Origin: an uncultured Candidatus Saccharibacteria bacterium
GTDB lineage: Bacteria; Patescibacteriota; Saccharimonadia; Saccharimonadales; CAZNVG01
Direction: 5' to 3'
NCBI GenBank assembly: GCA_964440975.1
Contig: CAYYKI010000002.1
Location: 163-64,162, forward strand
Length of the DNA: 64,000 bases
Shown here: piece by piece, positions 1-6,284 of the stretch
Layout: every line of letters begins with the position of its first letter
How positions within the stretch are numbered: position 1 is the stretch's first letter
The notes under the pieces: generated by a model
Seen by the model: only the letters and a program-made list of their open reading frames with translations
The model's database searches: none
What the model was told of the DNA's origin: nothing
Translations under genes and position numbers: made by a program

Positions 1-424
1 CTCATCTTCCACGGGTGTTGAATCCACCCTTTAATCCCACCAGCGAAGCGTCGGTCGCAACAAAGGTGACCGCGCCGCCCGCACCAGTGCAAGCACCGGA
101 GGGGTCATCTCAATCGACTCACTTTATCATCGGACCAGGGAGCAAGCTCTCTGGCACTCAAGCTGCAAGCAGCTTGAGATAGATTAAAGGGGTTAGTTTG
201 CCCCCTATTCACGATTTGGATGTATACTGTGTATACGCCCAAGACATCGGAGTTCTTAGTGGAGGGTAATACTAATAACGTACCGAATTCGTCGTAGGGG
301 ACAATCTAACTTTTATAGTTAGAAATTTGGGGGTATAAGGTGCGAAAGCGTTGTAATACGCTTACGGACCGGTAGTTTAGCATGTAGTTGATTTATTGTC
401 AATACCCTTTATTAAAAAGCACTT

Positions 425-1279
425 ATGGTTACCACCACTTACACCATCAACGACCCCAGTTATCCAGCCGATTTATTACGTTTACCGCAGCCACCAAAAA
501 AACTACATTTTATCGGTAAGCCACCGACTAATCTGAGCCCTTCTATTGCGGTGGTCGGCTCGCGCAAACCCACCACCTACGGCGCGGTAATCACTAGTCA
601 GCTCACCGAGGAACTTGCTATGCGCGGAATAACAATAGTCAGCGGTCTTGCAATTGGTGTTGATGGCCTTGCCCACCGCGCAGCATTAAAGGCAGGTGGC
701 AGAACAATAGCAGTGATGCCGTGCGGCCTTGATCGTATCTATCCGGCGTCACATCACAAGCTGGCCAAGGATATCCTTGCGCAGGGCGGCAGCCTGGTCA
801 CCGAATACCCAGAAGGCATGACGCCGTACCAAAGCAACTTTGTCGCACGGAATAGGATTGTGGCAGGCCTTGCCGACGCTATCCTCGTTACCGAAGCTGC
901 CGAAAAAAGCGGAACACTAATAACCGTACGACATGGACTTGAGCAAGGTAAAACTATTCTTGCTGTTCCAGGTAATATTACGAGCCCACTTTCTAAGGGC
1001 ACTAATAATCTTATACGTATGGGAGCAGTTCCTATAACAGAGGTGATCGACATACTACATGCTATGAACCTTGAAGACAGAATTTCTGATACTGAGCCCG
1101 TGTCGCTCACTGCTGACGAACAAAAAATCATCAATATTATGCGTAGCGGGATAACAAAACAAGAGGAATTGCTCAAGCAAAGTCAACTACCAATACAAGT
1201 ATTCAATAGCACCCTTACCATGCTCGAAATAACGGGGCGGATTGAATCCATCGGACAGGGTCAGTGGATTATACGATGA
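425..1279 (+). CDS. dprA: DNA-processing protein DprA (Smf)
   Basis: 284-aa ORF with DprA core motifs VVGSRKPTTYG, VSGLAIGVDGLAHRAAL, GLDRIYPASH and NFVARNRIVAGL. It has a C-terminal winged-helix-like tail. Confidence 0.9.
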   Translation: MVTTTYTINDPSYPADLLRLPQPPKKLHFIGKPPTNLSPSIAVVGSRKPTTYGAVITSQLTEELAMRGITIVSGLAIGVDGLAHRAALKAGGRTIAVMPCGLDRIYPASHHKLAKDILAQGGSLVTEYPEGMTPYQSNFVARNRIVAGLADAILVTEAAEKSGTLITVRHGLEQGKTILAVPGNITSPLSKGTNNLIRMGAVPITEVIDILHAMNLEDRISDTEPVSLTADEQKIINIMRSGITKQEELLKQSQLPIQVFNSTLTMLEITGRIESIGQGQWIIR

Positions 1280-1367
1280 GTCATTGATTTAACATACATT
1301 TTATGGAATAGTATTATCACCCTTACTCACAGCGCTTGGTACGCGCGCACATTCACAAAGAAAGCTG

Positions 1368-2162
1368 GTGATAGTCAACATGTTGACCGAAACCTACCGT
1401 AAGGAAGTGGAAGTCACGGATGACACCGTGTCGAAGTCCACCGACGTGGAGCTGTTCGAGGCCGAGAAGAACCGGCGTCAGCAGCTGCTCGCGGCGGCAG
1501 GTCTGGACTCGCGGCTCGCGCGTGAGAGCAAGAGCCAGTCCACCAACTCCAAGCTCAAGACGGCCGAGATGCTCTACAGCGAGCTCACCAAGCCGGAGCT
1601 GCGAGTGTGGCGTCGCTTCCTGCCGACGACGGCCAAGCTGAAGGACTACGTCTACGACGAGGTGCCGATCGAAGCCCTCGAGGCCATCACGGAGGCGCGC
1701 GAGTTCGGCGTCTTCGATCGCATCGAGATCTGGACCCCGGAGGGGAACAGCTTCCGCGGCATCGTCGCTCGGCGCCTCAACATCATGCAGGACAAGCTGT
1801 CCGACTTCGTCGCCAACCTCGACCCGATGGCGGTCGGCATCATCAAGATGGACGACGGCAGCGAGCGGCTGTTCCCGATCGTGCGCTGGGGCGAGTCGCT
1901 CCTGCCGTACGAGAAGGTCAAGACGATCGGCTTCCGCGCCCACCTCATGGCCAACCTGGCAACCATCGTGATGCCGGTGCTCCTGGTGCTGTTCGGCTTC
2001 GCGGCCTTCTACAACGGCATCGTCCACAACGGCTACGGGCCCATGGTCATCGGGCTTCTTGCAAGCGTCGCCTGCATGGCAGTGTCAGTCTGGCTCACCG
2101 TCGTGGTCATGGACCTCATCTACATCACCAGGGAGTGGTTGAAGCTGCGACGCAACCGCTGA
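1368..2162 (+). CDS. Hypothetical membrane-anchored protein on a high-GC, foreign-looking island
   Basis: 264-aa ORF whose codons are almost all G/C-ending (e.g. GAG CTG TTC GAG GCC GAG AAG AAC CGG). A soluble N-terminal region of about 190 aa is followed by two long hydrophobic segments (LMANLATIVMPVLLVLFGFAAFY; MVIGLLASVACMAVSVWLTVVVMDLIY). I recognise no family. There is an alternative ATG at 1380. The overlapping ORFs in other frames look like high-GC artefacts. Confidence 0.7.
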   Translation: MIVNMLTETYRKEVEVTDDTVSKSTDVELFEAEKNRRQQLLAAAGLDSRLARESKSQSTNSKLKTAEMLYSELTKPELRVWRRFLPTTAKLKDYVYDEVPIEALEAITEAREFGVFDRIEIWTPEGNSFRGIVARRLNIMQDKLSDFVANLDPMAVGIIKMDDGSERLFPIVRWGESLLPYEKVKTIGFRAHLMANLATIVMPVLLVLFGFAAFYNGIVHNGYGPMVIGLLASVACMAVSVWLTVVVMDLIYITREWLKLRRNR

Positions 2163-2410
2163 AGCACTTCAGCAAAGGGTAAATCCTGAGATTGCCTCAG
2201 GTCGGTAGCGGTCATATCGCAAGTTGAGCACACGCTCGCTCCTTGCCATATGCACCGCCGCCGTTTCCACTTAAACAATTGTGTAATTGTTCTGACGAGT
2301 TCAAAAGAACGAAAAGTGGATTTGCAAAACAGTTTGTATTAGCGTAACCTACGTTTCTGTTGTCCAATTTTAGATAGCTGCTATCCTTTTATGAGCAAGC
2401 ATACATATAT

Positions 2411-4705
2411 ATGAGCAAAAACCTCGTTATCGTTGAGTCCCCGGCCAAAGCCAAAACTATCGAGAAGTACCTGGGCAAGGACTTCACGGTCAAATCTTCA
2501 TTTGGCCACATTCGTGATCTCCCAAAAAAAGGCTTATCGATTGATAAAGAAAAGGGCTTTGAACCAACCTACGAAATTAGCCCAGAGAAGAAAAAGACCG
2601 TCGCTGAACTGAAGAAATACGCTAAGACAGCCGAAACAATTTGGCTCGCATCCGATGAAGATCGCGAAGGAGAGGCAATTGCCTGGCATTTATGCGAAGC
2701 TCTCAAGCTTGATCCGAAAAAAACCAAGCGCATTGTCTTCCATGAAATTACCAAGCCAGCAATTTTAAAAGCGATTGAAACCCCACGCACCGTCGACATT
2801 CATCTGGTCGACGCTCAGCAAGCCCGTCGCGTACTAGACCGCTTAGTGGGGTATGAGCTCTCGCCAGTATTATGGAAAAAAGTTCGTGCCGGCCTCAGTG
2901 CTGGGCGCGTACAATCTGTTGCAGTTCGGCTGATTGTTGAGCGCGAACGCGAAATTAAAGCCCACACCGCTGCTGGTAGCTTTAAAATCACCGCAATCTT
3001 TAGCGTTGGCAGCACTGAACTCAAAGCCGAGCTCCCAACAAAGTTTGATACATATGAAGACGCGAAGAAGTTCGTGGAAGCTGCTAAGAGTGCCGAGTTC
3101 ACTATTGGGGCTATCGAGCAAAAGCCCGGTACAAAGAGCCCATCAGCACCGTTTACGACAAGCACCCTCCAGCAGGAAGCCGCTCGCCGCCTTGGCTACA
3201 CGGTTCGTCAAACTATGTCTGTCGCGCAACGCCTGTATGAAAGCGGACAGATTACCTATATGCGTACCGACAGCACCAATCTGTCACAACTGGCAGTCGA
3301 CGCCGCCAAAGACTTTATTTACAGCGAGTATGGCGCCGAATACCATAACGCCAAGCAGTACAAAACAAAATCAGCCGGTGCCCAAGAAGCACACGAGGCA
3401 ATTCGCCCAACTGATTTTCGCAAGCTCAAAGCTGGCGCCGATGCCCAGCAAGAAAAACTCTACAAGCTGATCTGGCAGCGAGCGCTTGCAAGCCAAATGG
3501 CTCCCGCTAAAGTAGAGAAGACCGAGATCTCAATCGCATTCAGTAATCGTAAAGAAAAAATGCTCGCCAAAGGCGAAGTGGTAATTTTCGATGGATACTT
3601 GAAGGTATATGGCGGCGGTAAGGACGACGTGTTGTTACCTGAAGTCGAAAAAGGGCAGAAGTTAGACTTACAGTCTATGCAGGCCGCAGAGGTCTTCTCA
3701 AAGCCACCTGCGCGTTATTCTGAGGCAAGTTTAGTGCGCAAATTAGAAGAAATGGGCATTGGCCGCCCGAGCACCTATGCGCCAACCATCAGCACGATTC
3801 AAGATCGTGGATATGTTGAAAAGGGCGACCTTGATGGCGAAGAGCGCGAAATCAGATTGATCACGCTTGAGAAAGGCAACATAGAGGAAAAAACCGACAC
3901 AGAAAAATTCGGCTCCGACCGCGGCAAACTAATCCCAACGTCAACCGCCGACATCGTGACCGACTTCTTGACCGAATACTTCGGACCCGTCGTCGATTAC
4001 GATTTCACCAAAAACGTGGAGGAAGAATTCGATAGCATCGCTGATGGCAAGGTGAAGTGGAACAAAATGATTGCTGACTTTTATAAAGACTTTGTACCAC
4101 TCATCAATAAAACCGCCGATGTTTCCCGCCAGGAAACCTCACAGATGCGCAAAGTAGGCAATGACGACAAATCTGGTTTGCCAATATTCGTCCGTATCGG
4201 CCGATACGGACCAATGGTGCAAGTCGGTGAAGCGACTGATGACGAAAAGCCGGCATTTTATAGCCTACCAAAGGGAACCAACGTAGACACCGTTTCACTA
4301 GAAGAAGTTAAAAAAGCTATGGAACTACCGCGTATCGTTGGCCAAACCAAAGATGGGATTGATATTGAAGCTAACGTTGGCCGTTTTGGGCCATACATTA
4401 AAGTAGACAAAACCTACATTTCTATTAAAGACGAGGATCCGCGCACTATCTCGCTCGAAACCGCTCTCAAACTGATTGCCGAAAAGGCCAAAAAGGACAA
4501 AGAAAAATTCATTCAAACCTTCAAAGGCAGTAAAGTACAGGTCTTGAACGGCCCCTATGGCCCATATGTGACTGATGGCAAAAAGAACGCCAAGATACCG
4601 AAAGACACGGATCCAAAGAAGCTGACCCTAAAGGAGTGTGAAAAACTCCTCAAGGAAGCACCTGCCAAGAAGTCATTCCGCCGCGGCCGCGCTAAAAAAT
4701 CTTAA
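2411..4705 (+). CDS. topA: DNA topoisomerase I
   Basis: 764 aa. It has a Toprim N-terminus (LVIVESPAKAKTIEKYLG), DEDREGEAIAWH, the active-site Tyr region QITYMRTDS, and a Lys-rich C-terminal tail. Confidence 0.95.
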   Translation: MSKNLVIVESPAKAKTIEKYLGKDFTVKSSFGHIRDLPKKGLSIDKEKGFEPTYEISPEKKKTVAELKKYAKTAETIWLASDEDREGEAIAWHLCEALKLDPKKTKRIVFHEITKPAILKAIETPRTVDIHLVDAQQARRVLDRLVGYELSPVLWKKVRAGLSAGRVQSVAVRLIVEREREIKAHTAAGSFKITAIFSVGSTELKAELPTKFDTYEDAKKFVEAAKSAEFTIGAIEQKPGTKSPSAPFTTSTLQQEAARRLGYTVRQTMSVAQRLYESGQITYMRTDSTNLSQLAVDAAKDFIYSEYGAEYHNAKQYKTKSAGAQEAHEAIRPTDFRKLKAGADAQQEKLYKLIWQRALASQMAPAKVEKTEISIAFSNRKEKMLAKGEVVIFDGYLKVYGGGKDDVLLPEVEKGQKLDLQSMQAAEVFSKPPARYSEASLVRKLEEMGIGRPSTYAPTISTIQDRGYVEKGDLDGEEREIRLITLEKGNIEEKTDTEKFGSDRGKLIPTSTADIVTDFLTEYFGPVVDYDFTKNVEEEFDSIADGKVKWNKMIADFYKDFVPLINKTADVSRQETSQMRKVGNDDKSGLPIFVRIGRYGPMVQVGEATDDEKPAFYSLPKGTNVDTVSLEEVKKAMELPRIVGQTKDGIDIEANVGRFGPYIKVDKTYISIKDEDPRTISLETALKLIAEKAKKDKEKFIQTFKGSKVQVLNGPYGPYVTDGKKNAKIPKDTDPKKLTLKECEKLLKEAPAKKSFRRGRAKKS

Positions 4706-4706
4706 T

Positions 4707-4853
4707 TGGCCTGCGCCAGCAAGAGTAGTTGAACACCTCAACGAGGGAGGGCTGGTATTGATCACCAACTTCGGTCAGAAGTCGCTCGATGAAGTCCGAG
4801 AGGTCTTCGAGCGGCATGGCATCGTGCTGGCAAAGATCCCTACTGAAAGCTGA
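4707..4853 (+). pseudogene. Remnant resembling the helix-hairpin-helix C-terminal domain of RNA polymerase alpha (alpha-CTD-like)
   Basis: The frame reads ...LITNFGQKSLDEVREVFERHGIVLAKIPTES*, which resembles the second HhH of alpha-CTD (N-[LF]-G-x-K-S-L-x-E-[IV]...G-L). Only half a domain is present and there is no ATG after the topA stop. A TTG preceded by GAGGGAGGG would give only about 32 aa. Codons are GC3-rich, unlike the neighbours. Confidence 0.3.
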
Positions 4854-4868
4854 TCTCACTTGCCCCAA

Positions 4869-4915
4869 CCGATCAGGGAAAAGACGCCCTACAACGATGT
4901 AGGACCCCTGATCGG
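4869..4915. repeat. Nested inverted repeat (CCGATCAGGG ... CCTACA-acga-TGTAGG ... CCCTGATCGG)
   Basis: The 10-bp outer arms at 4869-4878 and 4906-4915 are exact reverse complements and enclose a 6-bp inner hairpin. No U-tract follows on either strand. Confidence 0.7.
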
Positions 4916-5071
4916 CAATCTGCCTCAACCAAACTCCCAAAGTGCAATAATCTTGCATAATCGACTCAATCTGATAGATTACCTACTTATCCACATAATC
5001 TGTCAATTTTTATAAAAGAATGTTGGTGTATACGTCCAGGCGCTGCTATAATAACTCTTAGAAAAAGATGT

Positions 5072-5100
5072 TTGACAATTAAAAAACGTTGTTATATAGT
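5072..5100 (+). promoter_or_regulatory. Sigma70-like promoter candidate for the 5168 gene
   Basis: TTGACA (5072-5077), a 17-nt spacer, then TATAGT (5095-5100). It lies about 68 nt upstream of the ATG, which is preceded by a purine-rich RBS (GAGGAAGAAGGAAAAAGG). Confidence 0.5.
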
Positions 5101-5167
5101 ACATAGCATAATCGTTCGACACGCTATATGTAGTGGTAGGGCGAGGAAGAAGGAAAAAGGTTATTAA

Positions 5168-6205
5168 ATGAGTAATGCAACCACCTCTCAAGAGGCTATC
5201 GACATCTGGCAGGCAGCCAAGGAAATCCTGGAGACTATTGAGCGTGATCGTGAGCGCGAGATAGTTAGCCGTCGCTTTGGGCTGTACGACCGCAAGGAAA
5301 CTCTTGAGCAAATTGGTGAGCTGCTTGGCATCACTCGTGAACGAGTTCGCCAGCTCGAAAAATCAGTAGTTTCCCGCCTGAAAGCTTCTGCTGAAAAGGA
5401 CCTTCCACATATAAAAGAAGTTGAAAAAGCCTTCATTGACCACCTAAAAGATATGGGCAATGTCGCACGCATTAAGGACCTATCTCAAAAAGTAAGCAAA
5501 GAGAACACTCCGCGCGACCAAGCACACGTTGCATTCCTGTCAGAGCTTGCACCAAACCTGTCAGTTGTGGCTGAAAACGATGACTTCCATCATTCTGTTG
5601 GTATCACCGAGCACCACAATCACGATGAGATTAAAAACCTTGCGGAAGAAATCGTTGCTTTTATTAAAGATCACGGCAAGCCTACCGAAATTGATAGCGT
5701 AGCTAAGGGAATCGGCAAACATGGCCCAGCGCATTCTGAAGCCCTCGCCAAGACAAGCAAGCACCTTGCTGAACTCCGCGGCCAATGGGGACTTACCAAA
5801 TGGCCAACCGTTAACCCAAAGAATATCCGAGACAAGATCTACGTCGTACTGCAAGAAAAACACGAGCCAATGCACTTTAGCGAAATCGCCAAAGCAATTC
5901 GTGAATCCGACTTTAAGCGACGAGATGTAACGGTGCAAGCAATCCACAATGAACTTATTAAAGATTCTCGCTTCGTACTGATTGGGCGTGGCATCTACGC
6001 ACTGAAAGAGTGGGGCTACAAAAAAGGCACTGTTGCCGATATCATCATCGAGGTTCTCAAAAAAGAAGGTGGACCACTACACCGTGACGAAATCGTCAAA
6101 CGCGTACTCAAACTCCGCCAAGTCAAAGAGACGACCATCTTGCTTAACCTGCAAGGCAAGCCGCAGTTCAAGCGTGTTGCTAAAGCGACCTACGACGTCG
6201 CGTAA
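5168..6205 (+). CDS. Sigma-70 region-4 HTH protein with two C-terminal HARE-HTH-like domains (not a complete sigma factor)
   Basis: 345 aa. The N-terminal segment RRFGLYDRKETLEQIGELLGITRERVRQLEKSVVSRLK is a region-4 type HTH. There are two later winged-helix units (MHFSEIAKAI...RFVLIGRGIYALKEW and TVADIIIEVLKKEGGPLHRDEIV...FKRVAKATYDV). No region-2-like segment is seen. Confidence 0.65.
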   Translation: MSNATTSQEAIDIWQAAKEILETIERDREREIVSRRFGLYDRKETLEQIGELLGITRERVRQLEKSVVSRLKASAEKDLPHIKEVEKAFIDHLKDMGNVARIKDLSQKVSKENTPRDQAHVAFLSELAPNLSVVAENDDFHHSVGITEHHNHDEIKNLAEEIVAFIKDHGKPTEIDSVAKGIGKHGPAHSEALAKTSKHLAELRGQWGLTKWPTVNPKNIRDKIYVVLQEKHEPMHFSEIAKAIRESDFKRRDVTVQAIHNELIKDSRFVLIGRGIYALKEWGYKKGTVADIIIEVLKKEGGPLHRDEIVKRVLKLRQVKETTILLNLQGKPQFKRVAKATYDVA

Positions 6206-6284
6206 CGTACCGATACTTCTTCTCCGTACTGAATAAGATGGAAATCTTGCAAAACAGGGGCGACTAGCCCAGAATAGAGTAAGC

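Noticed and set aside
1-44. A tRNA- or tmRNA-like 3' end (GGGTG-TTGAATC-CACCC followed by ...CCCACCA).
   Set aside because: The putative T-loop has G where the universal C56 should be. The distance from the stem to the CCA does not fit 7 nt of acceptor strand plus a discriminator base. Too little sequence lies inside the window to test a cloverleaf.
1353-2182. Four additional long ORFs overlap the island gene (1353-2027 minus, 1420-1641 plus, 1607-2182 plus, 1652-1966 minus).
   Set aside because: Their products are Arg/Pro/Ala/Gly-rich and repetitive, as expected for off-frame readings of stop-poor 62-70% GC DNA. Only the 1368-2162 frame shows strong G/C bias at third codon positions and a sensible soluble-plus-TM architecture.
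4692-5311. Minus-strand ORFs 4692-4958 (88 aa) and 5003-5311 (102 aa).
   Set aside because: The first is antisense to the HhH-like frame and has no RBS. The second runs through the AT-rich promoter and 5' end of the 5168 gene and has a low-complexity, atypical composition.
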